Positions 9,401 through 19,863 are shown, numbered from the stretch's first letter. The stretch: DNA of 64,000 nucleotides from Andalucia godoyi And28 (GCA_009859145.1 VRVR01000002.1:318724-382723); one strand, 5' to 3'. A program made the numbers and translations. Notes: a model not told the origin generated them from the sequence alone.

Positions 9401-11852
9401 CGAGTTGACAAACAACCGATTTTGCATAAGAACCGATGCACCAAAGTCTGAGATTTTGCTGGATAAGGCACGGAAAAGAGCCTCCATTCCTGATTATGAT
9501 GCGGCCATCCGGGTTTCTCGTGAACAACATGATATGGATTCATTGATTTCCGCGCTCTATGAAGTTGCAGAATTGTGTTTGAAAACAGCAGACGCCGCCA
9601 ATGCCGATGCAGTGCGAAGAAGATCGTTTTCGTACTTTAACGACTGCCTTGATGCGTGTTTTGCGCGAGTGAACGTTTTAGATGCGGTTTCAAAGACCCC
9701 AAGCATCTTGGAAGGAAAGATCGTTGATCCGAAACACGTGTCCTACGTTATTCTGTCCTGCTCGCGATTTTTGTTCGGTACCAGCAACATTGATCTTATA
9801 CAAGCAGCCTGCTTGACGGCGTGTTGGACAGCTCGCAAAATGCTCTCGCACCATGTGCACACCGTTGCAGATTTTGCGCGGTTTGTGTGTGTTGACTCCC
9901 CGCCGGGTGTGGCGATTCTGGATCCGAAATCGTTGGTTTGGGGTGGGAAATTGATTATTCAGTTATCAGTCGCCTTTGGGCAATGGATGGACGTGCTACC
10001 TCTTCTTTCCTTTTGTGAGTATCTGTCTGTCTTCCATCTGCGAGATGAGAAGATGGTCACTTTATTTCGGCGATGGAAGACGAAGGTGTCGCAAGAACTG
10101 GATGTCGAAGTCGTCAACTGGAACAAAGTTCAGGATTTCGAAACTTCGTTCCTTGTGGATTACGCAATGCCTACTGGGGATGATCCTCTGTTGACGACGG
10201 AACACCCAATGCAATCTCTGGGTTGCCGCATTCGTCGAAAGTATGATGATGCTTTCCAATGCTTGTCTGATCAGCGAAAAGAAGATTTCTTTGCGGCTAT
10301 CGATCCTCTCATTCAAATTTGTAAGGATGCACAGTACTCAACAATGCATCGAATGGCAAGTTTGTTGCGAGGCTACGGTGCATACTTTTTCAATGGACAA
10401 GTTGATGCAGAACTCTCGCAATATATGGATCCGTCTGCATGGACATTACTGGGGAAGCGGTCGTCTGTGTCGACAGTTGCTCTTCGTCCGCTTGATGACA
10501 TCAGGATTGCATTCCTTCTGAATCGTTACGATGAGGTTGAAAGACTAGTTGGTCGCGAATTTCTTCAAGAGGGTGTGCAGCGAAATGGCTATGCGTTGGT
10601 TGCGGCCCTAGTGTTGCAGGGCAAGGTTAAGGAAGCGCTCACCATCGATACCAGGTTCCTGAATCGATCTGCCGGAACTCTTGCAATGCTAACGAACTCT
10701 TCGAAGGAAAAATGGAATCTATTTTCCAGGAGTGCGTTTTCTGGGTCGTTTCGAGCATCTTTGCAGGTCCAGAAACGTGTGGAAAACGCTGGTGCTGGAA
10801 AGGATGCCAAAACTGCAAAACCACCCGCCGGCAAGAAGGATGAGAAATCCCTCCCAGCTGTGGAAGAACCGAAAGACACGGAAAAAGATGAATTGTCCTT
10901 GTTGGGCCCAGTTCTCCGTCTTTCAGTTGCGCTAAATCACTGTTCCAAGAATAGTTTCCACCGTCGTCTGTTGCGTATGATATTTGCTGAACTTGCCTTT
11001 GTTTATGGCACTGCGGAGAATCTTCGACACAAGGGTCGTTATTTCCTCTTGCGTAGCATACTGCATGCACAGCAAGAATATGATTTGCTATTTGGCGGAA
11101 AAGAAGATGAACTTTCCAAAACACTGACTTCTCTGGACAGTTGCCCAGAGTCTGTGAAGCAGTACCTAAAAGGTGTGGGTTTGAACATGGATTCCTTGTC
11201 TGTGATGCACTGCTTTTCACAGATTTATCGAGAGTTTGAGATTGGTGCGACGGACTATGCCAGACGGGAGCCAGTGCTTGTTGAAATGCACCAGTGGCTT
11301 CTGAAACAGAATGCAGGGTATGCGTCGTTGCTCTGTTCTGAAGTCACCCCTTGGGAAGATCGGTCTGTCGAAATCGGATTTTGGGCGTCAACTTGGTACG
11401 TGTTGGACGAGGCTGATCAGGTATTGGCAAAGCATGCTCGGGGAATGTCGGCTCTGGAATTGAAGAGGCGGGAATCTCAGGGGTTTGTTGATGTGGTTCA
11501 GGGAGTTACCATACTTGCTTCGTACACCCATGCAGCTGATGCGGGACGGGTTGCGCAGCGGATGGTCGCTCTTCCGGATGTCCAGGCTCTGTTGCTTGCG
11601 GTTCGTTCTTGGCGTTATTCGTTTGCAATGAACGGCCCGGCAAGTCCGTTGACAGTAGAGAAGTACGCAACAGTCGCAAATGCCTTTGTCGACTGCTTTG
11701 CAGCCGCGTTGGACTGCGAGATTTCGTGGTGGACAGAAAAGCGCATCGATTTGTTTGAAACGTTGTTTGATGCAGAGCGGGGTTCTGTTTGGGTTGATAC
11801 GGACCTCCTCATCCTGCTACTTCGCTGCCTCGGTTTTTCAACTGCATCGTAG
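6468..11852 (+). CDS. CFAP54: Cilia- and flagella-associated protein 54-like (central pair C1d); possible extra 5' micro-exons from 6246
   Basis: 1794-aa ORF. The N-terminal YHLIYNACVTVMDLSKVL...ISLASVRYLSFRVRLY matches my recollection of the CFAP54 N-terminal domain. It has KKDAKK-type linkers and a helical-repeat body. Confidence 0.75.
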   Translation: MASSALEFTATVQSTMSGTTLKRSAVEEPCLAIDPWFAEPETVQRIVHRLDSCRQVMEKSSRSKEYHLIYNACVTVMDLSKVLLGNGMPHVAVPYVGFAIMMTEATISLASVRYLSFRVRLYGIMSRCLSAAGHVTHSRKCLERCLQKIDWLDKLEHSDRIPPPPETDRSLARAREDVKRYMSEETAKKERAIEIAFREKSVDKLKSFGSSTLVDLLVSAVGNMTYVDALGAKETVDVAQEPKEKMGEILAFAEQLCMASTVLGQSKGRLCSELALHLYKNFAKKAYTSYVQKRDLLYKQHGNVDRVAGQEIVTSVLHNIARALISSRCLDYILCGQIMMQSCAMLIENKESSIASKLLISTASFLSDARARLSQKRFIQDRVRTRMLYALQADCVEMTNFVHMYCLGKSVQNMDGIHKSDAFALQMARAMSTGKYPLSVDFWQSNIPLEFAKRAVSKRFLRIYIPLRFVANLTIHTLFVYWKKMPTVISVYDVFQTVDMDQLRQSFAGNYSEAYVDVFDRLQENGEYAFAFRSDQERDLGKAEGTLFTVDPVHPFAWEFSALRRITGVLSYQFSEDKTAQNKGKWASLLTWALDASVMIDAPLMTLEIASKVYQSFIPLLVGRQKPPALFKPFLSLFVVLANQLPNWAKYRPDSQRFIAKVTYELLSFAEQNNETVLLKDGVLEPFLKYSKVPTAFVKQREIDRLLTVYSPENVKGDLAGDSVLAAAIELSALFRRKQFADVLKKVVAVSKLVQQVFAKFSEENKVDIPPRIDSTDASVLTEQAKKVIFCALKIARKRRALRKARSDFVQDELPWRAHLELLRALSLKSIYDQIVAGAFVNIDEVANAAAPRKDAKKEAPKKGAAPEPVAEPAVDLNDAIPFLKITDATQRRECMQKEVIASIGKACELAHRSGAWMLGLDAALHCLQFGMVTKPIARTVVEIFRSHAVEAAQLGIDREFPLLFENVGDDSLTSQFNELTNNRFCIRTDAPKSEILLDKARKRASIPDYDAAIRVSREQHDMDSLISALYEVAELCLKTADAANADAVRRRSFSYFNDCLDACFARVNVLDAVSKTPSILEGKIVDPKHVSYVILSCSRFLFGTSNIDLIQAACLTACWTARKMLSHHVHTVADFARFVCVDSPPGVAILDPKSLVWGGKLIIQLSVAFGQWMDVLPLLSFCEYLSVFHLRDEKMVTLFRRWKTKVSQELDVEVVNWNKVQDFETSFLVDYAMPTGDDPLLTTEHPMQSLGCRIRRKYDDAFQCLSDQRKEDFFAAIDPLIQICKDAQYSTMHRMASLLRGYGAYFFNGQVDAELSQYMDPSAWTLLGKRSSVSTVALRPLDDIRIAFLLNRYDEVERLVGREFLQEGVQRNGYALVAALVLQGKVKEALTIDTRFLNRSAGTLAMLTNSSKEKWNLFSRSAFSGSFRASLQVQKRVENAGAGKDAKTAKPPAGKKDEKSLPAVEEPKDTEKDELSLLGPVLRLSVALNHCSKNSFHRRLLRMIFAELAFVYGTAENLRHKGRYFLLRSILHAQQEYDLLFGGKEDELSKTLTSLDSCPESVKQYLKGVGLNMDSLSVMHCFSQIYREFEIGATDYARREPVLVEMHQWLLKQNAGYASLLCSEVTPWEDRSVEIGFWASTWYVLDEADQVLAKHARGMSALELKRRESQGFVDVVQGVTILASYTHAADAGRVAQRMVALPDVQALLLAVRSWRYSFAMNGPASPLTVEKYATVANAFVDCFAAALDCEISWWTEKRIDLFETLFDAERGSVWVDTDLLILLLRCLGFSTAS

Positions 11853-12066
11853 GGGGGATGGTTGTGTTGCATCGACCTTCGGTTTACGTTTTTTGTGGGC
11901 TCTTTGTGCAGGAGGGGAGAGTTGTTTCTACTTGTGTTCTGTTTTGATTCGGCCTTGTAAACTTTTTCTGTTTTTTATACCTTTGGTTTTGGTATTGTTT
12001 GGCCTTCGTTGCCATTCGCGCTCTCCACGCATCGATCATTTGTTGGCGCTTTTATGGAATTCAGCA

Positions 12067-12606
12067 TCAACATTCGCTCGATTGACAATGGAGATTGCGC
12101 AACAGAGAATCCCTTCCTCCGCGATTGTGAAACCAATCAAGAACTTGAGCCATTAGCTGACCATGATCAAACGCCATTGAAGCTTGGAATGCGGAATCGA
12201 GAGCTGTGGAGATTGGTATCAAATGAGCAGAAGCTGCATCATCCGCACCTGCTAGCGAAGAAAAGTCAGCGACCGAAACAGCATAACAAATCGTAACCGT
12301 ATGCTTTCGAGGATCTCGTCCTGGATTTCCACGAACCGCAACCAACCCGGCGTTGCATCCGTGAACGCTGCACTCTTCTTCCAACTCCCGGACAGCAGCT
12401 GCTTCTGGGTTTTCACCGTAATCCACAAATCCTCCAGGAAACGCATATGCTCCGGCATGTGGTTCTCGTCCACGTCGGATCAGCACAATCTCATCGACTT
12501 CGCACTGAGGATGAAACCCTGCTATTCGAAACACTGCTGCATCCACAGTCAGTGCTGGATTCCGGAAGCACATGGGAGGATTAGGAACCGGTTCCGTTTG
12601 CGACAT
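12067..12606 (-). CDS. Nudix hydrolase, ADP-ribose pyrophosphatase-like
   Basis: Nudix box GGFVDYGENPEAAAVRELEEE, plus LTVDA, RDPR, A(G)DDA and MAFDH elements. Confidence 0.92.
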   Translation of the reverse strand: MSQTEPVPNPPMCFRNPALTVDAAVFRIAGFHPQCEVDEIVLIRRGREPHAGAYAFPGGFVDYGENPEAAAVRELEEECSVHGCNAGLVAVRGNPGRDPRKHTVTICYAVSVADFSSLAGADDAASAHLIPISTALDSAFQASMAFDHGQLMAQVLDWFHNRGGRDSLLRNLHCQSSEC

Positions 12607-12872
12607 GTCTGCGAATCCCCGACTGCACCCAGGCACTTTGTCAATCTGCACGAGACGACCCCGAACCACCGACAGTCGCTTTTTCGTTTGACGACCTCAG
12701 ACGGTCTTCTATAGATGTTCGGTGCGGCGAACGAATCCTGTTGACATTTGTCGATCGCGGAGCTGCAAAGTCTTGCAAGAATCCTCGGCCACCCTTTTTT
12801 ATCTTTTCTTCTTTTTTTTCTCTTTTTTTTTTTCTTTGGCAATGAAGGACGGCGCACACGAATTGTAGCAAA

Positions 12873-13364
12873 ATGCTGCGTGAGTCTGGAAACGTGAATC
12901 AATATCGCGTCGAAAAGCTTGCTCCTGACGTTAAGGAAAAGACGCCAACCCTTCGAACGAAAGCAGAAGCGCTGATTTGGGTCTGTGTTGCGATTGCGTC
13001 GTGGTACATATTTGCTCCATATGATCGAACAATTCGAAGAGGCCATTACGTTGCATTTTTCCTGTGGTCCGGGCTTGCGCTGCTTGCTATTTCGGCAGGT
13101 TTATTTGCTCATCTTTCGCTGATTTTTGCAAGACATCCAAGTGAAAACGCTACGAGATCTCATCCATATCTGGTGTATGGTACTATAGCGACGTCGTTCG
13201 GAATGACAATGTGCCTGATCATTGGACTATGGCCTGCGCTGACTGTTTTTGGGCCCGTATTCCTGTTTCTCAATGCAATGGGATTCATCCACATATTCCC
13301 ACTAATACCCGACTGGGGACGATGGCTGTCCAGTGGGCGGACAAGGAAACCCAACAGACTGTGA
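12873..13364 (+). CDS. TMEM128: TMEM128-like four-TM membrane protein
   Basis: Four hydrophobic segments and an LWPALTVFGPVFLF motif typical of the family. Confidence 0.65.
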   Translation: MLRESGNVNQYRVEKLAPDVKEKTPTLRTKAEALIWVCVAIASWYIFAPYDRTIRRGHYVAFFLWSGLALLAISAGLFAHLSLIFARHPSENATRSHPYLVYGTIATSFGMTMCLIIGLWPALTVFGPVFLFLNAMGFIHIFPLIPDWGRWLSSGRTRKPNRL

Positions 13365-13483
13365 CCAATCAATTGTATTTTTCACGGAGATTAAAAAGAG
13401 GGGAGAGGTTGCACCACAGAAGATGTTGAAAACCGAGAGGGAAACGGTGTCTTGAATTCAATAAAACAAGATGACACAAAAAT

Positions 13484-14269
13484 CTAGCACTGGGTACCGG
13501 GAAGGAAGAACTTGGCGGTCAGTTCGCTTTTCCGAAACAAAAGGTCAATGTTCCTTCGTGTTCCCTTTTCCCAGTCTACGGAGGACACCTTAAGCAGTCC
13601 GTCCACATCTCTTGCATATCCCGTTGCCAACGGGCTTACTTCAATAACCGTGTCTGAAAATTGAGCTGCGATTGCGGCAATCTTGGCGCCTTCTGGCAAC
13701 GACGAATGTACTAAAACGCAAAAACCACCTTGAGGCATGGGCTCACGGTTACTGAAAAACTGGTGAGCCAGCACCGGCTTGTCATCGACTAAAGCATTGA
13801 AATCGTCAACAATCAAATACGATCTGTACGTACCATTCCGAAGACAGCATATTTCGCTGGGCTGAGGCACCCTGTATGCGGCAGGGCGCTGTGACAGCTT
13901 TGCATATGGAGGTGCAACAACATTGTGGAATGGAACCTCTGGGAAATCAGTGGAACGAAGAGGGACTGAGGATTCGGATCCGGAAGACGCATGAGAGGCG
14001 GAAAGTACGTCCACATAGACGACAGCGGAGGAGTCAAAAGGGATTCCTAATTTCCGCTGCAGTGTCGTAAAATGCAGAAATGAGTGTTTGAGCCCCGCTA
14101 CGGCTGCCGAAGGGAAGGATGCGGCGGAAGGAGAAGCGGGAAATGCCTTCAAGAAAAACGACAGGACGTGTGATAGAAGGAAGGAGGCATCTTCATTCGC
14201 GCTCGTCTGAACAATCAAAATCCTGGAATTTTCATGCAACGGAAGAAAGGGTGTCAGGGTGTCAAACAT
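13484..14269 (-). CDS. ELP6: Elongator complex subunit 6
   Basis: DASFLLSHVLSFFLK, RKLG, LIVDDFNAL and EVSPLATGYARDVDGLL motifs. Confidence 0.88.
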   Translation of the reverse strand: MFDTLTPFLPLHENSRILIVQTSANEDASFLLSHVLSFFLKAFPASPSAASFPSAAVAGLKHSFLHFTTLQRKLGIPFDSSAVVYVDVLSASHASSGSESSVPLRSTDFPEVPFHNVVAPPYAKLSQRPAAYRVPQPSEICCLRNGTYRSYLIVDDFNALVDDKPVLAHQFFSNREPMPQGGFCVLVHSSLPEGAKIAAIAAQFSDTVIEVSPLATGYARDVDGLLKVSSVDWEKGTRRNIDLLFRKSELTAKFFLPGTQC

Positions 14270-14461
14270 TTGTCAGTTCTGCAATGACGATAGCCTCGCT
14301 CAAAAATTCTTCAGCGAAAGCAATGTTGATAAAATGGAGCAAGAAGCCGGGGATGGTTGGTAGCTTTGTGTATTTCAACCATTGAACATCGAACAAAAAA
14401 AAAACATCATACCGAGAGTTTGTTTTATCTGGTCTGGTTGTGGTTTGGAGGTGGGGGACGC

Positions 14462-15005
14462 GATGTTCTTACCGTAGTCAACTCTAGAATTTTCTTCATT
14501 CTTCCCCCTTTCCCCTTTCTATTACCTGCTGTTTGCTTTTCTTCTATCGAACCCTCAAGCAGCACCTTTCATCAAAGACAAAACATCTCATGGCTCCAGA
14601 GAGGGAGGGATCTTCCCGACAAACTCAACCCGAAGACACCGAGAACCAAGAAACCAGCTGATTCCCCTCTCGTCGGAGGTCGAGAGCAAGCGGATGGTCG
14701 TCAAATCGCGAAGATGTGATCGATTGCGCTCGGAATGCGCTTTCAAGTGAAAGAACAAGAAGAAGCAAAGACAAACACGTCGTCAGACGCGATGTGTCAC
14801 ACCGCATTGAAAATCAGCAACACGATGCGCACGTGAGAATTGCACATGCGGTGTGCAGCGCCGCCGACCACATTCTGTTTCCTCCAACGTTCATTTATTG
14901 AATGTTGAATCGATTGGGGAATGTGTTGGTTGCGATGACTCTTTGATGCAGAGTTGGTGCTCGTTCCGAATTGGATCTGTCTTCGGTGACAGCTTCGCCG
15001 ATGTC
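14462..15005 (+). repeat. Dispersed repeat, family B, copy 1 (207-bp core at 14484-14690 plus conserved downstream blocks)
   Basis: The core is identical to 31472-31677 except for one T. Further shared blocks lie at 14941-15003. Confidence 0.93.
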
Positions 15006-15257
15006 GATCAACAATTTTAAAAAAACAAAACAAAACTGAAAGAACGTGGGTTTGCCGGACTTTTCTACGAACAGACAGATGCTGGCTGCAGGCAGCCGAG
15101 AAATGTGGGATGCAGAATTACGCAGCTTGTTTTGCCACCTGGGTCGCATTTTTCCGTGATCGTGACACGCTCTTTGTTTGTTTGTTTTAAAATATACATT
15201 TCTCTGTACCGTCATTGGTTGGACATTTTTGCAATTGGAAGGTCGAATACAGGAAAA

Positions 15258-17510
15258 ATGAAACGAGTTTCGGATCCTGCAGTATTACTGACAACTGCCA
15301 GAGGTCGTCCGTTCCAGGTTTCTTCAGTTCCGAATCTTCCTTCCCACATTTCGGTACTGTACCCAACGTCGTTTGCGATCCTCGATCTGAACATGGCTGC
15401 GGATGTTGGTCTTCGAAGCCAATCAATCAAGTCAGTGGATCTGTCTTCGCTACTTTCGCCTGCCGTGAACACTCAGTCAGAGGAAGCCCAAAAGCACAAA
15501 GTGTTTTCAAAAGTTCCGAAATGCAGCGCCTTCTTTGATTCTGCTTCTGATGTCGTGATTGCGATGTTGTCGTTTCCGTCACTGTTGCAATCGTTCGTGT
15601 TCATATCGTTCTCTATTTCGAGCAGTCAGTTTTCTCAGCCAAGTGTTATTCCGGCTGAATCTGTCAAGGCTGCGCACATGCACTGTTTCTTGTCGACACA
15701 ATCAATGTTTGTTACGTTGACGCGGTCGAGCGTCGAGGTGTATGAATTCTCCTTTTCGGCGCAGGATGGTTCTCCATTGTTCCAAAAACGCCACGAACAT
15801 GCCATTTCGGCTGTGGATTGGGATTCTGGAAGAACCGGCAATGGACCAGAAATGGTGGCGTCCGATTCTGCTGTATACATTCTCTTTGGAAACGTGATTC
15901 TCGCATACTTGGCGCAGTTTGGAGGAGTTCGAAGAATCATGAATGCGGTTTCTAAATCCATTTCTGATCCACGTCCGGTGCATGGGAAAGGAGAAGACTA
16001 TCTGGCGATTGCCGTGGATCCCGCTGGTCAGTCTTTGGTTATTCTTCGAGAAACAAGTTTGTACTCATTCTGTCCAAGTGGCAGAGGTTCTGTTGGTTTC
16101 CGTCATATAGCGACAATATCAGGAATTGCTGGTATTTTGCATCCGAAGGAGGATGTGAACATTTTCTCTCTTCAGATGTGGGTTTTATCGAAGAATTGCA
16201 TTGCTCTTGAAGTCGACAACTCCGTCTTGCACGTCCTGGATCTTTTGAATTCCAAAATCGTGCTCTCTCTTGTTTTGCCTGCTGAATCGCAGGTTCCATC
16301 GCTTCCAGCAGCCATGGGCCCTTCTTCGACATCGTCGTTGGCATCTGCAACGTATGGGTTGACGCGAAATGCAAGTTCTTCCAGCGTGAAGAACAACAAC
16401 ACTTCGGGACCGTCGGTGCATTTTGAGAAGCCGACGTCTCAATTGAATGTTTCTGGATCCCGAGTATTTATTCTTGATGCAACACCTCTGACAGACCGCC
16501 GATTAATCGTATCTTCGCCATATGGTCTTCTAGAGCTGCCACTGTCATCAATTCACCTGGAGAACGCAGTGTCCGATTCTGAAAAATGGTTCCGCATGTA
16601 CGGGACTCCAGGAAATGATGGTGCAAAGGAAAAATTGAGTGTTTTTGCGACTCCGCAGAACCCTGCTCTCGAGTTTGCGTTTGCGAACACACCCGTCGCT
16701 ATCGATACTGCAAATAAGCACGTCAAAGACTGGGTTGCCGTTCCACAACGCCGGTTCTATACTCCCCTAAACTTTGCTGTCTTTCCAGTTCTCAAAGATG
16801 CGGTTACAAAACAAAGCGCTCAGTTTGATGTTACAGTTGATGATCAGCAGAGGCTCCAAAATCGGAGCGACGCTGCTTTTGCAAATAACTCTCTGCACGA
16901 TTTGCGTGCTCTTTTGGAATCGACAGTTGTCCGTTCTGCGTGGACACCGGAAACAGCGAATCCGTCGTGGAGACAGCCATTCTCGTGCATGTTATCTCCG
17001 CATTCTGAAGAGAATGTCTGCTCGGGTCGATTGATCTGGTCTTGGAGTCTCCTTGAACGCGTGTGGTCAAGACACTCTCCGCCAAAAGCAGCTCCATGGA
17101 CTGATTTTTCTTCTGTTTCTTCAGCCGCCGATTTAGTTCGAGAAACCAAGCGTCTTATTTCTTGTGGACCCGAACACTCGTTTTCCATGATATCCGAGAG
17201 TCCAAGCATGGAGTCTCTGTTTTCAAAAGCACTGGCAATGTTATGGTGCGGATATATCCCTGTTGCAAGAATGTTGCTTTGTCCTCAGTTTGCCTCTGAG
17301 TGGGCGGAAATTGTAGAGATGAATAGTGATGCAGTGGCAAACGTGGACTTATTTTCTGTTGATCCGGACGTTTCTTTGAATCAAGATTCGTTGCTGGACT
17401 ATCTGCAGATGTACATCAGCAAGCGTGAAGCTGGGGATCTCTCAGAATCTGAGCGGGATGCTATGGAAGCGCGCATGGTAGACATCGTGGGTAAGTGGAA
17501 AGGATTATAA
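15258..17510 (+). CDS. Hypothetical ~750-aa protein; beta-rich N-terminal half, possibly propeller-like
   Basis: Long ORF with first plausible ATG at 15258. No family recognised. Confidence 0.75.
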   Translation: MKRVSDPAVLLTTARGRPFQVSSVPNLPSHISVLYPTSFAILDLNMAADVGLRSQSIKSVDLSSLLSPAVNTQSEEAQKHKVFSKVPKCSAFFDSASDVVIAMLSFPSLLQSFVFISFSISSSQFSQPSVIPAESVKAAHMHCFLSTQSMFVTLTRSSVEVYEFSFSAQDGSPLFQKRHEHAISAVDWDSGRTGNGPEMVASDSAVYILFGNVILAYLAQFGGVRRIMNAVSKSISDPRPVHGKGEDYLAIAVDPAGQSLVILRETSLYSFCPSGRGSVGFRHIATISGIAGILHPKEDVNIFSLQMWVLSKNCIALEVDNSVLHVLDLLNSKIVLSLVLPAESQVPSLPAAMGPSSTSSLASATYGLTRNASSSSVKNNNTSGPSVHFEKPTSQLNVSGSRVFILDATPLTDRRLIVSSPYGLLELPLSSIHLENAVSDSEKWFRMYGTPGNDGAKEKLSVFATPQNPALEFAFANTPVAIDTANKHVKDWVAVPQRRFYTPLNFAVFPVLKDAVTKQSAQFDVTVDDQQRLQNRSDAAFANNSLHDLRALLESTVVRSAWTPETANPSWRQPFSCMLSPHSEENVCSGRLIWSWSLLERVWSRHSPPKAAPWTDFSSVSSAADLVRETKRLISCGPEHSFSMISESPSMESLFSKALAMLWCGYIPVARMLLCPQFASEWAEIVEMNSDAVANVDLFSVDPDVSLNQDSLLDYLQMYISKREAGDLSESERDAMEARMVDIVGKWKGL

Positions 17511-19352
17511 CAAAGTAGTTCGGCTCCACTGGCAACACACATTCGCCTGTCATATCAGTCATTGTAAAGATCGTTATAATTCGGGATCGCGAAGCCGCGC
17601 TGCCAAAGGACAGCTAGAACCTCTGGCTGAAAAACCTCTACGATGGGTCTGGTCATATGTTCGTTTCAGTTGATTCTGCTGAATGGCCGGGAAAAGGTGA
17701 AAACACAGCATGGCAATAAATGTACTTAAAAAAAACGAATGGCAGAAAAAGAAAAAAGGAGCACAGAGCTGCGTTTTCCAAACATCAATGCAGGGAAGCT
17801 CAGAGCGGAAGAAATTCACCAAACGAAGACGGGAAATTCAAACCAGTGAAACCGTGACTGACACGAGGAAAGGAGAGAGATAAGAATGCGTAAACACGAA
17901 ATTACTGGTTGCAAGAGGTAAGCATCGATTCACAATGCAGAAGATCCAAGAGCAGGAAACCTCAAAACGTAAACAAAATGGCATGGAAATATAAACAACA
18001 AACCGGTGTGTGATCAGCTAGTCAACAGCATCCAACAGTTCTGAATGCATCGTCCAAAGGAGCTGAAGCAGACGTACGGCGCATCTATTCAGCAGCGAAC
18101 TGTGAGACACCGGACTACATTCGCAGCAACATGAAATAGAATTGTGGTGGGAAGTCGTGCAAGCCAAATGTCCGTGAATCCCGGAGAAGCATCAAATGTC
18201 ACATGCAAAGAATGCAAGGCGAGGCAGTGAACACAGTGAAAAAGCGCCGAATTTCCGTGAAGTTAACCATCTCCCGCGGTACCTATTGAGACAAACCCAC
18301 TGGATAAAGAAGAAAGACGGAGGATGCAGTCACCTAGGAGCTCAGTATCATAAAATGGAATAGGAGGGTTTTTGCCAGAAAGACAACAAAGAGCTATCCA
18401 AAAAAAGGCTAAAGAGCAATCCTCAGAACAATAGCAGGGCGTTTGTAACGTCCGAGTCCCTGAAATTTATCACCTTGTCGGACGAAAGTTACAAGAATAA
18501 GAGACTTCACATGCAGCGACCTTGCCATTGCCTCGTTAAGTGTTTTTCTGAACGACGGTCTGCCAACAATCCCGATGCATTCAAACGGCAATCCACATTC
18601 AGAATCATTCTTCTTACTGCAAATCAACACTTGAGAACTTCTTACCTTAAATCTGAGTGTCCTCGAAATTCCAAATTTTTCATTCCGGAGATTTTGTTTG
18701 TTAGTACGGTTTGTCGAAACACAGTTGTTGCAAATCTCTGGTAATTGAGTTAACATCTGAAATCCCTTGTTTGTTGAATGCATCGCCGTTTGGCATGAGA
18801 GCTAGTTATCATCCCTTCGAAATATCGATTCGGATATTTCGCACTTGCACAGTCGATTTTGTTGCCTTCTTTTTCATCGATCTTCTTTCACGTCGCCATC
18901 GGCAGTATGCCGTTAATAAGCAGTCGATGTTGGAAGGGAACCGCTGTGATTGCGAGATGCGTCGACCACTGATGCATTTATTTCTTTGACTTTTCAATAA
19001 ATGTCATCGATACGTGTACTTCGACTTGTTATCACATGACATCATGGAGCGGTGTAATTTCTATCTGCATCTGAATGTGTTCTCCGGATGCCACTTCCGA
19101 GTCATGAATCTGTCAGTAATTCCCAACTACAGACCTGACCTCTTTTAAATACTTCATTTCACAACGTATTTATTCTAGTGCTTCGATTCTCCCTGACCGT
19201 TTCTTGACGCATTTTTTCCATTTTCACAGTCACAGTGGTTCTTGTTCTATCGACAGTTCTTTGCACCCGAGAAGTTGCCATGTGTCTTCTTGTTGGTGAC
19301 TATCTGTTTTCTTTTTGTTGGAGGGCTCTACTCTCCCTCCCACTGTTCCTGA

Positions 19353-19863
19353 GCATTCCATTTGAACGCTGCTTCCTGGTCGGTGTCGTTTGGCGGTGTT
19401 GATTCATTTGGTTTTGTCACATTTCCCGACATACACGAGGTTAGTAAGTAATCATTTCCTTTCCCCCCTGGCTGTACCCACTCCTTCCACAGCACCTTAC
19501 AGATTCATTTTGCTGTTCCTGTGTCGTCCAGATTCCAGCCTCGTTGATGCAGCCGGTGAGTTATTTGCTGCGGTAATTCTGATAAGCTTTTAGAAGCAAA
19601 ATTCATACTGGGCGAAAGCTTTTCGACAATCTTACAGAGTTACGTCTTCACGCTGTCTGGAAAAATTAGGGACTCTGATTTCGAGGAACAGCTGTCACAT
19701 AGTCATTCAACCAAGCATCTCGGACAGAGAGATTGTTGGAATACCCGCTTTCAGAGAAGACAAAGCGCATAGGATCAAAAGTCGGAAAATTCATGCGGAG
19801 CTTTCCAGATGCATGCTGAAATTTTTTGCATTTCCCGCCAACGCATGGCGTGATCGGCGCTGA
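19353..19863 (+). CDS. Putative 3' exons of an unrecognised intron-containing gene
   Basis: Introns 19444-19502 (GTAAGT...CAG) and 19556-19593 (GTGAGT...TAG) join three segments into 138 open codons. No start codon found. Confidence 0.35.
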
